Shown piece by piece: positions 8,943-19,980 of a stretch of DNA of 64,000 nt (positions are counted from its first letter, which is position 1; each line of letters begins with the position of its first letter). The DNA comes from an uncultured Sphaerotilus sp. (GTDB lineage Bacteria; Pseudomonadota; Gammaproteobacteria; Burkholderiales; Burkholderiaceae_C): assembly GCF_963924895.1 (NCBI RefSeq), contig NZ_CAWURG010000037.1, positions 35,027-99,026 on the forward strand, written 5' to 3'. The notes below the pieces were generated by a model. That model saw only the letters and a program-made list of their open reading frames with translations, searched no databases and was not told the origin of the DNA. Position numbers and translations under genes: made by a program.

Positions 8943-11816
8943 ATGACCGACGCCCTGAACGCCCTCTCCAAGTCCTTTGAGCCCGCCCCGATCGAAGCCC
9001 GGTGGGCGCCGCAGTGGGAGGCCAGCGGTGTCTACGCGCCGACGCTGGACCCGGCGAAGCCCAGTTTCTGCGTCCAGTTGCCGCCGCCGAACGTGACCGG
9101 CACGCTGCACATGGGCCATGCGTTCAACCAGACCATCATGGACTCGCTGACGCGCTACCACCGCATGTCGGGCGACAACACGCTGTGGGTGCCCGGCACC
9201 GACCACGCCGGCATCGCCACGCAGATCGTCGTCGAGCGCCAGTTGCAGGGCCAGGGCGTCAGCCGCCACGACCTCGGCCGCAAGAACTTCGTCGCCAAGG
9301 TCTGGGAGTGGAAGCAGCAGTCCGGCGCCACCATCACGCAGCAGATGCGCCGCATGGGCGACTCGGTGTCGTGGGAGCACGAATACTTCACGATGGACGA
9401 CAAGCTGTCCAAGGTCGTGACCGAGACCTTCGTGCGCCTGTTCGACGAGGGGCTGATCTACCGCGGCAAGCGCCTGGTGAGCTGGGATCCGATCCTGAAG
9501 TCGGCGGTGTCGGATCTGGAGGTCGAGAGCGAGGAGGAAGACGGCTCGCTGTGGCACATCCGCTACCCCATCGACGGCTCGGACGAGTCGCTGGTGGTCG
9601 CGACGACCCGCCCGGAAACCATGCTCGGCGACACCGCCGTGATGGTTCACCCGGAAGACGAGCGCTACACGCACCTGATTGGCAAGCAAGTGCGCCTGCC
9701 GATCACCGGCCGCCTCGTACCGGTGATCGCCGACGACTACGTGGACAAGACCTTCGGCACCGGCGTCGTCAAGGTCACGCCCGCGCACGACCAGAACGAC
9801 TACCAGGTCGGCCTGCGCCACCAGCTGCCGATGCTGACCATCTTCGACCTGGAAGCCAAGGTCAGCGCCCATGAAGCCACCGACATCCCGGCCGAGTACG
9901 TCGGCATGGACCGTTTCGCCGCCCGCAAGCAGCTCGTGGCCCGCTTCGAGGCCGAGGGCCTGCTGGTCGAGGTGAAGAAGCACAAGCTGATGGTGCCGCG
10001 CTGCGCCCGCACCGGGCAGGTGATCGAGCCGATGCTGACCGACCAGTGGTTCGTCGCGATGACCAAGGCGGGGGCCAACGGCAAGTCCATCGCCGAGGAA
10101 GCCATCGAAGCGGTGGACTCGGGCGACGTGAAGTTTGTGCCCGAGCAGTGGGTCAACACCTACAACCAGTGGATGAAGAACATCCAGGACTGGTGCATCT
10201 CGCGCCAGCTCTGGTGGGGCCACCAGATCCCGGCGTGGTACGGCGAAAGCGGTGAGCTGTTCGTCGCCCGCAGCGAGGACGAGGCCCGCGCGAAGGCGAC
10301 AGCCGCGGGCTACACCGGCGCGCTGACCCGCGACGAGGACGTGCTGGACACTTGGTACTCGTCGGCGCTGGTGCCGTTCAGCACGCTGGGCTGGCCCGAA
10401 AAGACGATCGAGCAGGACCTCTTCCTGCCGTCGTCCGTGCTGGTGACCGGCTACGACATCATCTTCTTCTGGGTCGCCCGGATGATCATGATGACCAAGC
10501 ACTTCACCGGTCAGGTGCCGTTCAAGCACGTCTACATCCACGGCCTCGTGCTCGACGCGCAGGGCAAGAAGATGTCCAAGTCCGAGGGCAATGTGCTCGA
10601 CCCGGTGGACCTGATCGACGGCATCCAGCTCCCGGCCTTGCTCGACAAGCGGACGCAGGGTCTGCGCAAGCCGGAAACCGCACCCAAGGTCCGCAAGGCC
10701 ACCGAGAAGGAATTCCCGGACGGCATTCCCGCTTACGGGGCTGATGCGCTGCGTTTCACCTTCGCGGCAATGGCGACGCTGGGCCGCTCGGTCAACTTCG
10801 ACTCGAAGCGGTGCGAGGGCTACCGTAATTTCTGCAACAAGCTGTGGAACGCGACCCGCTTCGTGCTGATGAACACCGAGGGCCAGGACTGCGGCCTGAT
10901 GGAGCACAGCAAGGCGGATTGCGCGGTCGGCGGCAAGGCGCACGGCTACCTGCGCTTCAGCCAGGCCGACCGCTGGATCTCGGGCGAGCTGCAGCGCGTC
11001 GAGGACACGGTCGCCCGGGGTTTCGCCGACTACCGGCTGGACAACGTTGCCAACGCCATCTACCAGTTCGTCTGGGACGAGTACTGCGACTGGTACCTCG
11101 AAATCGCCAAGGTCCAGCTCCAGGTCGCCAAGGACGCCGGTGACGAGGCCGCCGCCCGTGGCACGCGCCGCACGCTGATCCGCGTGCTGGAGACGACGCT
11201 GCGCCTGCTGCACCCGGTGGCGCCGTTCATCACGGCCGAGCTGTGGAACACGGTGGCGGTGGTGGCCGGGCGCAAGGCGGCGGATTCCGCCGAGACGGTG
11301 GCGACGGTGGCCTACCCGAAGGCGCAGCTGGAAAAGGTCGATCCGGTGGCCGACGCCTGGGTCGCGCGGCTGAAGGAGCTGGTCGGCGTCGTGCGCGCGC
11401 TGCGCAGCGAGATGGGCCTGTCGCCGGCCGAGCGGGTGCCGCTGCTGACCTTCGGCGATGCGGACTTCATCGGCTCGGCCGCGCCGGTGATCCGCGCGCT
11501 CGCCAAGCTCGGCGAGGTGCAGGTGATCGCCGACGAGGCGGCATTCGCGGCCGCGACCGAGATGGCGCCGGTGGCGGTGCAGGGCGCGGCGCGGCTGGCG
11601 CTGAAGGTCGAGATCGACGTGGCCGCCGAGCGCGAGCGTCTGGGCAAGGAAGTCGCCCGCCTGAGCGGCGAGATCGCCAAGGCGACGGCCAAGCTGGCCA
11701 ACGAGAGCTTCGTGGCCCGCGCGCCGGCCGCGGTGGTCGAGCAGGAACGGGCGCGGATCGCGTCGTTCAGCGAGACGCTGGCGAAGCTGCAGACGCAGCT
11801 GGCGCGCCTGGGCTGA
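8943..11816 (+). CDS. valS: Valine--tRNA ligase
   Basis: 957 aa. Class I signatures [14 protein letters not shown] and KMSKSEGN, an editing-domain insertion, and a C-terminal coiled coil. Confidence 0.97.
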   Translation: MTDALNALSKSFEPAPIEARWAPQWEASGVYAPTLDPAKPSFCVQLPPPNVTGTLHMGHAFNQTIMDSLTRYHRMSGDNTLWVPGTDHAGIATQIVVERQLQGQGVSRHDLGRKNFVAKVWEWKQQSGATITQQMRRMGDSVSWEHEYFTMDDKLSKVVTETFVRLFDEGLIYRGKRLVSWDPILKSAVSDLEVESEEEDGSLWHIRYPIDGSDESLVVATTRPETMLGDTAVMVHPEDERYTHLIGKQVRLPITGRLVPVIADDYVDKTFGTGVVKVTPAHDQNDYQVGLRHQLPMLTIFDLEAKVSAHEATDIPAEYVGMDRFAARKQLVARFEAEGLLVEVKKHKLMVPRCARTGQVIEPMLTDQWFVAMTKAGANGKSIAEEAIEAVDSGDVKFVPEQWVNTYNQWMKNIQDWCISRQLWWGHQIPAWYGESGELFVARSEDEARAKATAAGYTGALTRDEDVLDTWYSSALVPFSTLGWPEKTIEQDLFLPSSVLVTGYDIIFFWVARMIMMTKHFTGQVPFKHVYIHGLVLDAQGKKMSKSEGNVLDPVDLIDGIQLPALLDKRTQGLRKPETAPKVRKATEKEFPDGIPAYGADALRFTFAAMATLGRSVNFDSKRCEGYRNFCNKLWNATRFVLMNTEGQDCGLMEHSKADCAVGGKAHGYLRFSQADRWISGELQRVEDTVARGFADYRLDNVANAIYQFVWDEYCDWYLEIAKVQLQVAKDAGDEAAARGTRRTLIRVLETTLRLLHPVAPFITAELWNTVAVVAGRKAADSAETVATVAYPKAQLEKVDPVADAWVARLKELVGVVRALRSEMGLSPAERVPLLTFGDADFIGSAAPVIRALAKLGEVQVIADEAAFAAATEMAPVAVQGAARLALKVEIDVAAERERLGKEVARLSGEIAKATAKLANESFVARAPAAVVEQERARIASFSETLAKLQTQLARLG

Positions 11817-12774
11817 TCCCGTCGCGCAGCACCGGCGGGGTGTTCAGGCCCTGCCGTGCACCGGTTCGCACCGTGGCGGGTGCGCGGCGCAGCACGTCGT
11901 GCAGCTGCCGCGCCACGCCCCAGGCGCTGCGCAGGCGCGCCTCGCGGGTGTAGGCCGCCAGCCGGGGGGTGGTCTGCAGGCCGGTGGCGCCGTGCAGCGG
12001 CTGTCCGGGGGCGAGTGGCCCGGGGGCGACGCTGTCCAGCCAGGCGGCGGCCAGCCGGCCGCTGTTGAGCATGTCGGCCAGCACCGCCTCGTCGAACAGC
12101 TCGATCGGCGCCACGCTCACCAGCACCTGCCCCGGCTTGCACCACGGCAGGATGCGGTCCCCGAGCAGCCCGACATAGCGGCTGTAGAGGGGCAGCTGCA
12201 CGCACACCGCGTCCGACTGCTCGAACAGCTCGCGCAGGCTGACCGGCTGCACGCCCCAGCGGCTCCAGTGCGCGCTGTTGGCGTGCAAGGCCGGGTCGTA
12301 GCCGCGCACCTGCGTGCCCAGCGCCTGCAGCACGGTGGCGAGGCGGCGGGCGCCGGCGTCCATGCCGACCAGACCGACGGTGCAGTGGGCCAGCTCCCGG
12401 CCGACCACCCGGTGTGGCGCTTGAGGATTCGGCCGCAGCAGGGTCAGCAGGGCGCCGAGCATGAACTCGGCCTCGGCCGGGGCGCTGGCCTCCGGGCTGC
12501 GCAGCACGGCGACACCGGCGCGGCTGCAGGCGTCCAGATCGATGTGTTCCTGACCGCCCACGACCCGGCCGATGGCGCGCAGCAAGGGTGCGCGCGCCAG
12601 CACCCGGGCGTTGACCGGGATCTGCGCCGGCAGGATCACCGCACGAGCCTGTGCCAGCGCCTCGGCGAAGCGCTTGCGGTCCTCGGTCAGCCGCGGGGCG
12701 TAGTGCAGCTCATGGCGCGTCTGCAGCCATTGCAGCACCTCGGCTTCCAGGGGTTCGGCAACGAGCAGGTCCAT
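11767..12774 (-). CDS. D-isomer-specific 2-hydroxyacid dehydrogenase family protein (PGDH-like)
   Basis: Typical family layout ([45 protein letters not shown] ... [15 protein letters not shown] ... [10 protein letters not shown]). The track start at 12795 is a TTG, so I prefer ATG 12774 (MDLLVAEP). The low-complexity C-terminal tail overlaps the valS 3' end by 50 nt and may be read-through of GC-rich sequence. Confidence 0.7.
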   Translation of the reverse strand: MDLLVAEPLEAEVLQWLQTRHELHYAPRLTEDRKRFAEALAQARAVILPAQIPVNARVLARAPLLRAIGRVVGGQEHIDLDACSRAGVAVLRSPEASAPAEAEFMLGALLTLLRPNPQAPHRVVGRELAHCTVGLVGMDAGARRLATVLQALGTQVRGYDPALHANSAHWSRWGVQPVSLRELFEQSDAVCVQLPLYSRYVGLLGDRILPWCKPGQVLVSVAPIELFDEAVLADMLNSGRLAAAWLDSVAPGPLAPGQPLHGATGLQTTPRLAAYTREARLRSAWGVARQLHDVLRRAPATVRTGARQGLNTPPVLRDGISPGAPAASAASPASR

Positions 12775-12955
12775 GATTTCGTGAGAGATGTACAAGGGCT
12801 GATGTTAAACAGTGGTGCCGTGGCTTAGCCCCCCCTGATCACGCGCCGGAATGTCACTTTCCCATGCCAGAATTGAAGCAGTCGACGCAGTTTTTGCGTC
12901 CTATAAGACAAATTAGAGCGTCACTTCAACTGCATTTCACAGGGTACAACCGCAC

Positions 12956-13822
12956 ATGCAAATCAAGAAAGCCATCTTTCCCGTTGCCGGTCTGGGCACA
13001 CGTTTCCTGCCCGCCACCAAGGCGCAGCCCAAGGAAATGATGCCGGTGGTCGACAAGCCGCTGATCCAGTACGCGGTCGAGGAGGCCTATGCGGCCGGTG
13101 TGCGCGAGATGATCTTCGTGACCGGCCGCCACAAGCGCCCGATCGAAGACCACTTCGACATGACCTTCGAGCTGGAAGTGGCGCTGGAAAACGCCAACAA
13201 GACCGAGCTGCTGAACGTCGTGCGCAGCGTCAAGCCGAAGGACATGGAGTGCATCTACGTCCGCCAGGCGCAGGCGCTGGGCCTGGGCCACGCGGTGCTG
13301 TGCGGACAGCGGCTGATCGGCAACGAGCCCTTCGCCGTGCTGCTGGCCGATGACCTGATGATGGGCGAGCCGCCGGTGCTGGCGCAGATGGTCGAGCAGT
13401 ACAAGGAATGGCGCGCCTCGATCCTGGCCGTGCAGGAAGTGCCGGCCGAGCACACGAAGCGCTACGGCATCGTCGCCGGCACGCTGGTCAACGACCGCGT
13501 GATGGACGTCAGCAAGATCGTCGAGAAGCCGGCACCGGAAGACGCTCCGTCGCGCTGGGGGGTGGCCGGCCGCTACATCCTGACGCCGGGTGTGTTCCAC
13601 GAGATCGCCACGCAGCCGCGTGGCGTGGGCGGCGAGATCCAGCTCACCGACGGCATCGCCGCGCTGCTGCGCCGCGAGAAGGTGTTCGCCTACCGCTACG
13701 AAGGCCGCCGCTACGACTGTGGCAGCAAGGAAGGTTTCCTGCAGGCCAATGTCGAGCTGGCCCTGAAGCACCCCGAGCTTGGCGACTCGTTCCGCCAGTA
13801 CCTGAAGAGTCTGGAACTCTGA
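12956..13822 (+). CDS. galU: UTP--glucose-1-phosphate uridylyltransferase
   Basis: 288 aa. N-terminal KAIFPVAGLGTRFLPATKAQPKEMMPVVDKPLIQY is the GalU signature. Confidence 0.93.
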   Translation: MQIKKAIFPVAGLGTRFLPATKAQPKEMMPVVDKPLIQYAVEEAYAAGVREMIFVTGRHKRPIEDHFDMTFELEVALENANKTELLNVVRSVKPKDMECIYVRQAQALGLGHAVLCGQRLIGNEPFAVLLADDLMMGEPPVLAQMVEQYKEWRASILAVQEVPAEHTKRYGIVAGTLVNDRVMDVSKIVEKPAPEDAPSRWGVAGRYILTPGVFHEIATQPRGVGGEIQLTDGIAALLRREKVFAYRYEGRRYDCGSKEGFLQANVELALKHPELGDSFRQYLKSLEL

Positions 13823-13840
13823 GGCTCAGTCCTTGCGGGT

Positions 13841-14083
13841 TCAGCGCCTGCGCAGCAGGTGCACGAACTCGTTGCCGGGCAGCGTCTCCTGCCCGAGCAG
13901 GGCATGGCCCGTCTGGCGCGCGAAGGCCTGGAAGTCGCGCAGCGACCCCGGGTCGGTCGCCAGCACCCTGAGCACCTGGCCGCTGGTCAGATCGGCCAGC
14001 GCCTTCTTGGCTTTCAGGATGGGCAGCGGGCAATTGAGCCCGCGGGTGTCGATTTCCTTGTCGGCAGTGGTCTGGGTGTCCAT
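13841..14083 (-). CDS. Sulfurtransferase TusA-family protein
   Basis: 80 aa. DTRGLNCPLPILKAKKAL contains the conserved CPxP active-site cysteine motif of TusA/SirA proteins. Confidence 0.85.
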   Translation of the reverse strand: MDTQTTADKEIDTRGLNCPLPILKAKKALADLTSGQVLRVLATDPGSLRDFQAFARQTGHALLGQETLPGNEFVHLLRRR

Positions 14084-14115
14084 CAGGGCTCCTTGGCGGC
14101 CCTGATTCTAGTCAC

Positions 14116-14140
14116 GCCGCACGGGCCCGCCGCGTGCGGC
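14116..14140 (-). terminator. GC-rich hairpin just downstream of the ppk stop
   Basis: GCCGCACG - 9 nt - CGTGCGGC (8-bp stem), 4 nt after the ppk stop codon. There is no U-tract, so intrinsic-terminator function is uncertain. Confidence 0.3.
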
Positions 14141-14143
14141 TGG

Positions 14144-16204
14144 TCAACGCTGGTAGCGCTGCGCCAGTGCCTGCTGGGCGCTCACGCCGGTCTCGTCGAC
14201 GCGGTGGTAGCGGCCCGTGCTGTCCAGGGTCCACGCATCGCGCTCGTCACGCAGGTAGGGCACCAGGCATTCGTCGATCACGCGCTGGCGCAGCGCGGCG
14301 TCGCGGATGGGCCAGGCGATCTCGATGCGGCGCAGCATGTTGCGCGTCATCCAGTCGGCACTGCTGAAGTAGAGGTCTTCTTCCGACTCCTTTTCACCCC
14401 AGCGGAAGTACATCACCCGCGTGTGCTCCAGGAAACGCCCGACCACCGAGCGCACCCGGATGCGGTCCGTCTGCCCCGGAATGCCCGGCGGCAGGGCACA
14501 GGCGCCGCGCACGATCAGGTCGATCTCCGCGCCGGCCTGACCGGCGGCGATCAGCGCGCGGATCAGCGTGGCGTCGGTGAGCGCGTTGAACTTGCAGACG
14601 ATGCGCGCCGGCTGCCCGGCCTGGGCGGCGTCCGCGACCCGCTCGATCAGCGCCACCATCGTGGACTGCAGCGTGAACGGCGCCACCAGCAGCTGCTTCG
14701 TCGGGCGCAGCATGTTCAGGCTGGCGAGGTGCAGGAAGACGGCGTCGGCGTCGGCGGTGATCTCGGGATCGGTCGTGAGGAAGCCGACGTCGGTGTAGAG
14801 CCGCGCGGTCTTCGAGTTGTAGTTGCCGGTGGACAGGTGGCCGTAGCGCACCAGCCGGCGGCCTTCCTTGCGGGTGACCAGCAGCAGCTTGGCGTGGGTC
14901 TTCAGCCCGACGATGCCGTAGACCACCTGCACGCCCACGGCTTCGAGCCGGTCCGCCCAGTTGATGTTGGCCTCTTCGTCGAAGCGCGCCTTCAGCTCCA
15001 CCACGGCCAGCACCTCCTTGCCGCGCCGCGCCGCCTCGATCAGCAGGTCCATCAGCACCGACTCGCTGCCGGTGCGGTAGATGGTCTGCTTGATGGCGAG
15101 CACCTGCGGATCCTCGACGGCCTCGCGCAGGAACTGCACCACGGGGTCGAAGGACTCGAAGGGCTGGTGGGTCAGGATGTCACGTTCGGCCATGCAGTCC
15201 ATGACGCGGCGGCCGAGCGGCAGCTGGTCGGTCGGCCACGAGGGCTCGTGCGGCGGGAAACGCAGGGCCGGCGCGTCGGCGCGGTCGATGAGCGTGTTCA
15301 TGCGCACCAGGTTCACCGGGCCGTTGACGCGGTAGAGCGCGGCGGCCGGCAGGTCGAACTGCGTGAGCAGGAAGTCCGACAGGCGCGCCGGGCAGGTGTT
15401 GACCACCTCGATGCGCACGGCGCGGCCGTAGTGGCGCGTCGTCAGCTCGCTGCGCAGGGCTTGGCGCAGGTTGGTGACGTCGTCCTCGTCGACGTCCATG
15501 TCCGAGTCGCGGGTCACGCGGAACTGCGAGAAGGCCTCGACCTCGCGTTCCGGAAACAGCTCGCCCAGGTGCGCCCGGATCACGCTGGTCAGCAGCACGA
15601 AGACCTGCCGGCCGTCCGACAGCCGCTCGGGCAGGCGGATCACCCGTGGCAGGACACGCGGCACCTTGACGATGGCAATGGTGTTCTCGCGCCCGAAGGC
15701 ATCGATGCCGCTGAGCTGCGCGATGAAGTTCAGCGACTTGTTGGCGACCTGCGGAAAGGGGTGTGCCGGGTCGAGGCCGACCGGCACCAGCAGCGGCTGC
15801 ACTTCCCGGTGAAAGAACTGTGACACCCAGTGTCGCTGGGCGACGTTGCGGTCGGCGTGGTTGAGGATGACGATCTGCTCGGCGGCCAGCGCGGGCATCA
15901 CCTCGTCGTTGAAGATGCGGTACTGCTCGTCGATCAGCGCATGGGCGTCGGCGGCGACGACGGCCAGATCGGTGTGGCTCGTGCCGCTGTCGGGCAGGCG
16001 GGCGGCGTCGAGCGCGTCCGAGAAGCGCACCTCGAAGAACTCGTCCATGTTGGACGAGACGATGCAGATGTAGCGCAGGCGCTCCAGCAGTGGCACATCG
16101 GACCGGCGGGCCTGCGCGAGCACGCGTCGGTTGAATTCCAGGATCGCGCGCTCGCGGCTGAGCAGGGCGACCGGATCGGACGTGGTCGTGGAGGGTTCGG
16201 ACAT
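14144..16204 (-). CDS. ppk: Polyphosphate kinase 1
   Basis: 686 aa. N-terminal LSRERAILEFNRRVLAQA ... ERLRYICIVSSNMDEFFEVR, and two PLD-like HKD-type C-terminal domains (GLKTHAKLLLV, FLEHTRVMYF). Confidence 0.95.
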   Translation of the reverse strand: MSEPSTTTSDPVALLSRERAILEFNRRVLAQARRSDVPLLERLRYICIVSSNMDEFFEVRFSDALDAARLPDSGTSHTDLAVVAADAHALIDEQYRIFNDEVMPALAAEQIVILNHADRNVAQRHWVSQFFHREVQPLLVPVGLDPAHPFPQVANKSLNFIAQLSGIDAFGRENTIAIVKVPRVLPRVIRLPERLSDGRQVFVLLTSVIRAHLGELFPEREVEAFSQFRVTRDSDMDVDEDDVTNLRQALRSELTTRHYGRAVRIEVVNTCPARLSDFLLTQFDLPAAALYRVNGPVNLVRMNTLIDRADAPALRFPPHEPSWPTDQLPLGRRVMDCMAERDILTHQPFESFDPVVQFLREAVEDPQVLAIKQTIYRTGSESVLMDLLIEAARRGKEVLAVVELKARFDEEANINWADRLEAVGVQVVYGIVGLKTHAKLLLVTRKEGRRLVRYGHLSTGNYNSKTARLYTDVGFLTTDPEITADADAVFLHLASLNMLRPTKQLLVAPFTLQSTMVALIERVADAAQAGQPARIVCKFNALTDATLIRALIAAGQAGAEIDLIVRGACALPPGIPGQTDRIRVRSVVGRFLEHTRVMYFRWGEKESEEDLYFSSADWMTRNMLRRIEIAWPIRDAALRQRVIDECLVPYLRDERDAWTLDSTGRYHRVDETGVSAQQALAQRYQR

Positions 16205-16226
16205 GCTCCGATCCTAGGCTTGCTGC

Positions 16227-16244
16227 ATGACCAGTTCGTGACAA
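16227..16244 (-). promoter_or_regulatory. Pho-box-like direct repeat upstream of ppk
   Basis: The minus strand reads TTGTCAC GAAC TGGTCAT, two 7-nt repeats resembling CTGTCAT with a 4-nt spacer. It lies only 22 nt upstream of the ppk ATG, which is uncomfortably close. Confidence 0.25.
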
Positions 16245-16277
16245 GTGCGTGTGGCCGCGCCGGAAGTCTCGGCCGGT

Positions 16278-17837
16278 CTACACGGTCTGCACGGTCTGCA
16301 AGCGCACGGCGCTGACCTTGGCCCAGGCATCGACCTCGCCCTGCAGCAGGTGCAGCGTGCGGGGATGTTCCCGGGCCCAGTCCGCGGTGTAGCTCAGGCG
16401 GACCTGGCGGCCGTCGGCGGACAGGTTCGGCAGCGGCTGCTCGGGCGCGCTGCGGGCGTGACAGAGCAGAACGGCGAGCCGCAGGGCCAGCACCTGCATG
16501 GCCAGCACGGGGTCGGCCAGCGCCACGTCGATCTTGCGCAGCCCGCCGCGGTGGCCGAGCACCAGATCGGCCAGCCGGCGCTGCTGGTTCTGCGAGAAAC
16601 CGGGCGCGTCGACGTGGCCGATCAGGTAAGCGCTGTGGCGGTGGTGGTCGTGGTGCGAGACCATCATGCCGATCTCGTGCAGCGCGGCGGCCCAGCCGAG
16701 TTCGCGCTGGTGGTCGAGCGTGGCGCGGGGCTGCACCTGCCGGTACAAGTGGCTGGCGATCTCCTGCACACGGTGGGCCTGGGCCACGTCGACGTGGAAA
16801 CGCTGCTGCAGGTCGACCACGGTGTCGTCGCGCAGGTCGTGGTGGGTCGGGTCGCGGTCGGCGGCCAGGCGCTCTTCGAGGTCGAAGATCACGCCCTGGC
16901 GCAGCGCGCCGCGCGCCGGCTGCAGCGCCGCGATGCCGAACTGCGCCGCCAGCGTGCTCAGGATGGCCAGCCCGCCGCCGAGCACCGCGCGGCGCTCCGG
17001 CTTGAGGCCCGGCAGCTTCAGCGCGTCCTGGTGCCCGGCGCGGATGCACTCCTGGATGCACCATTGCAGGCCCTCGGGGGTGATCGCACCGTCGGTGATG
17101 TGGCTGGCGGCCAGCAGTTGGGACACCGCACCGGCCGTGCCCGACGAGCCCAGCGCCTCGACCCAGTTCTGTTGGGAGAACTGCGCCAGCGCCTCTTCCA
17201 GCTCGGCCCCGGCAGCGATCTGCGCGGCCTGGAAACGCTCGGCGGTGAACTGGCCGTCGGGGAAGTACTGCATCGACAGGCTGACGCTGCCGATGTGGAA
17301 GGACTCGGCCTGTAGCGGCGTGGCGCCGACGCCGATGATCATCTCGGTCGAGCGCCCACCGATGTCCACGACCAGCCGCTGCCGGTCCGAGGGCTGCAGC
17401 CGCGTCACGCCCTTGTAGATCAGCCGGGCTTCCTCGCGGCCGGAGATCACTTCGACCGGATGCCCCAGCGCCTCGCCCGCCCGGGCCAGGAAGGCGTTGC
17501 GGTTGGTGGCCTCGCGCAGGGTCTGCGTGGCGACGGCGCGCAACTGCTTCGCCGGGATGCCGGCCAGCCGGGTGCGGAAACGCGCCAGACAGGCCAGCCC
17601 GCGCAGCGCGGCTTCCTCGCTCAGCAGGCCGTCCGCGTCGAGGCCGGCGCCCAGGCGCACGGTGTCCTTGAGGTAGTCGATGCGGCGGTAGCGGCCGCGG
17701 GTGATCTGGCCGATCTCCAGGCGGAAGCTGTTCGAGCCGATGTCGATCGACGCGAGCACGCCGCGCCAGGAGGGACCGGCAGAGGAAGAGGGGGGCACGG
17801 TGGAGGCGGTCTGGGCTGGCATGGCCCCATTGTCCAT
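16278..17837 (-). CDS. ppx: Exopolyphosphatase (Ppx/GppA family)
   Basis: 519 aa. ASIDIGSNSFRLEIG (ASKHA fold phosphate-1 motif), VDIGGRSTE, and a C-terminal HD-like region (HHDHHRHSAYLI). An alternative start lies at 17822. Confidence 0.9.
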   Translation of the reverse strand: MDNGAMPAQTASTVPPSSSAGPSWRGVLASIDIGSNSFRLEIGQITRGRYRRIDYLKDTVRLGAGLDADGLLSEEAALRGLACLARFRTRLAGIPAKQLRAVATQTLREATNRNAFLARAGEALGHPVEVISGREEARLIYKGVTRLQPSDRQRLVVDIGGRSTEMIIGVGATPLQAESFHIGSVSLSMQYFPDGQFTAERFQAAQIAAGAELEEALAQFSQQNWVEALGSSGTAGAVSQLLAASHITDGAITPEGLQWCIQECIRAGHQDALKLPGLKPERRAVLGGGLAILSTLAAQFGIAALQPARGALRQGVIFDLEERLAADRDPTHHDLRDDTVVDLQQRFHVDVAQAHRVQEIASHLYRQVQPRATLDHQRELGWAAALHEIGMMVSHHDHHRHSAYLIGHVDAPGFSQNQQRRLADLVLGHRGGLRKIDVALADPVLAMQVLALRLAVLLCHARSAPEQPLPNLSADGRQVRLSYTADWAREHPRTLHLLQGEVDAWAKVSAVRLQTVQTV

Positions 17838-17927
17838 GCCCCGGCCGAGGACATGTCACCCAGGCGTACCGCAGGCGATCCCCTTCCTAGAATGCGCGTT
17901 CCGCCTGCCCTGCACAAAGGAGACACC

Positions 17928-18815
17928 ATGACCGATCCCGTGAACCGCGCCGACTTCGACAGCCTCACCCCCAGCCGGGACTTCTCCCGGCGCAGCTTCG
18001 TGCAGACCGCCATCGGCAGCGGTTTCGCCGCCGCGGTGCTGCCGGTCGTTGCGCAGAACGTCATCACCACGCCGTCCGACGGGCTGGTGGTTGGCGAGGT
18101 CACGATCGACGTGGCCGGCTTCAAGATGCCGGCCTACCGCGCGGCGCCGGCGGGGGGCAAGAACCTGCCCGTGGTGCTGGTGATCAGCGAGATCTTCGGC
18201 GTGCACGAGCACATCGCCGACGTCGCCAAGCGCTTTGCCCGGTTGGGCTACCTGGCAATCGCGCCCGAGCTGTTCGTGCGCCAGGGCGACGCGGGCAGCT
18301 ACGGCGAGATGGCCAAGCTCATGAGCGAGGTCATCGGCAAGGTGCCCGACGCGCAGGTCATGGGCGATCTGGATGCCACCGTCGCCTGGGCCGCCGCCAA
18401 CGGAGGCAACCCCGCGCGCGTCGGCATCACCGGCTTCTGCTGGGGCGGCCGCATCACGTGGCTGTACGCGGCCCACAACCCGGCGATCAAGGCGGGTGTG
18501 GCGTGGTACGGCAGGCTCGTCGGCAACGCGACGGCTCTCACGCCGAAGCACCCGATCGACCTGACGGGCGAACTCAAGGGCGCTGTGCTTGGGCTCTACG
18601 GTGGGCAGGACGGCGGCATTCCGCTCGACACGGTCGAGAAGATGAAGGCCGCACTCGCCGCGGGCAGCGCGGCGGCGAAGCGCTCGGAGTTCGTTGTCTA
18701 CCCGGACGCACCGCACGCCTTCCACGCCGACTACCGCCCGAGCTACCGCCAGGCCGCGGCGCAGGACGGCTGGGCGCGCTGCCTGGCCTGGTTCAAGGCG
18801 AACGGCGTGGCCTGA
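17928..18815 (+). CDS. Dienelactone hydrolase family protein with Tat-type signal peptide
   Basis: Start taken at ATG 17928 after an AAGGAGA RBS; the track's 17460 start overlaps ppx. Twin-arginine-like SRRSFVQTAIGSGFAA, and nucleophile elbow ITGFCWGG. Confidence 0.85.
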   Translation: MTDPVNRADFDSLTPSRDFSRRSFVQTAIGSGFAAAVLPVVAQNVITTPSDGLVVGEVTIDVAGFKMPAYRAAPAGGKNLPVVLVISEIFGVHEHIADVAKRFARLGYLAIAPELFVRQGDAGSYGEMAKLMSEVIGKVPDAQVMGDLDATVAWAAANGGNPARVGITGFCWGGRITWLYAAHNPAIKAGVAWYGRLVGNATALTPKHPIDLTGELKGAVLGLYGGQDGGIPLDTVEKMKAALAAGSAAAKRSEFVVYPDAPHAFHADYRPSYRQAAAQDGWARCLAWFKANGVA

Positions 18816-18929
18816 TTCGCGACCAAAGTCCCCCCGATGTGACCGCGATCAAGCAAGGGGGAGGACAGGGGGCCTGGCTTCAGGTGCCACCAGTACACTG
18901 CCGCACCGTTTCCTGGATCTCCCCGCTGC

Positions 18930-19973
18930 ATGATCTCGCGTCGCCGTTGTCTTTCTTCTTCCGCTGCCGCGCTGCTGGCGCTGGCCTGTGATGTTCGCGC
19001 TCAGGGGGCCGCCTCCGCGCCCGCGTCCGCACCGGCCGCTGCCGCGGCCCGCCCGCCGATCTTCGTGCTCAATTCGCTCGACGCCACCATCAGCGTCATC
19101 GATCCCGTCAGCATGACCGAGCTGCGCCGCCTGCCCACCGGCAAGGAGCCGCACCACCTCTACCTCTCGCCGGACGAAAAATCGCTGCTGGTGGCCAACG
19201 CGGTCGGCAACACCATCACGCTGGTCGATCCGCGCACGGGCCAGATCCAGCGCACGATGACCAACATCATCGATCCCTACCAGCTGCGCTTCTCGCCCGA
19301 CATGAAGTGGTTCGTCACCGCGGCGAACCGGCTCAACCACATCGACATCTACCGCGTCACGCGCCCGGCCGCGGGCGGCTTCGAGCTGGCCTTGGCCAAG
19401 CGCATCTCCACCGGCAAGACGCCCAGCCACGTCATCATCGACACCAAGTCCTCCGTGGTCTACGGCAGCATCCAGGACGATGACCAGATCACGTCGATCG
19501 ACCTGGCGACCCAGACCACGCGCTGGACGGTGCCGTCCGGCAAGATGCCCGCCGACGTGTTCCTGAGCGCGGATGACAAGACGCTGCTGGTCGGCCTGAC
19601 GGGCGACGCCTTCGTCGAAGCTTATGACGTGAGCGTCAACCCGCCGAAGCTGGTCAAGCGCATCCCGACCGGCGCCGGCGCCCACGCCTTCCGCGCCTGG
19701 GGCGACAAGCGGCATGTGCTGGTCAGCAACCGCGTGGCCAACACCATCAGCCGCATCGACACGCAGACGCTCACCGTGGTCGACAACTACCCGGCGCCGA
19801 GCGGCCCGGACTGCATGGACCTCTCGCCCGACCGCAAGTTCATCTATGTGGCCTCGCGCTGGGCCGGCAAGCTGACGGTGATCGACACCGAGCAGAAGAA
19901 GGTGGTGCGCCAGATCAACGTCGGCAAGTCGCCGCACGGGGTCTGGACGCTGGAGCACGCCGGACGGCTGTGA
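18930..19973 (+). CDS. Secreted YVTN-family beta-propeller repeat protein
   Basis: 347 aa. Signal peptide MISRRRCLSSSAAALLALA, then repeated blades of roughly 40 aa (LNSLDATISVID, VANAVGNTITLVD, VSNRVANTISRID, VASRWAGKLTVID, each with a nearby GK.PHG/H). Confidence 0.7.
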   Translation: MISRRRCLSSSAAALLALACDVRAQGAASAPASAPAAAAARPPIFVLNSLDATISVIDPVSMTELRRLPTGKEPHHLYLSPDEKSLLVANAVGNTITLVDPRTGQIQRTMTNIIDPYQLRFSPDMKWFVTAANRLNHIDIYRVTRPAAGGFELALAKRISTGKTPSHVIIDTKSSVVYGSIQDDDQITSIDLATQTTRWTVPSGKMPADVFLSADDKTLLVGLTGDAFVEAYDVSVNPPKLVKRIPTGAGAHAFRAWGDKRHVLVSNRVANTISRIDTQTLTVVDNYPAPSGPDCMDLSPDRKFIYVASRWAGKLTVIDTEQKKVVRQINVGKSPHGVWTLEHAGRL

Positions 19974-19980
19974 GGACGTG

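Noticed and set aside
4096-11213. Long antisense ORFs 4096-5832(+), 4346-6955(+), 6952-8946(+), 8901-11213(-)
   Set aside because: Each overlaps a motif-supported gene on the other strand (viaA, ravA, DAGK/hbd, valS) and has no recognisable domain.
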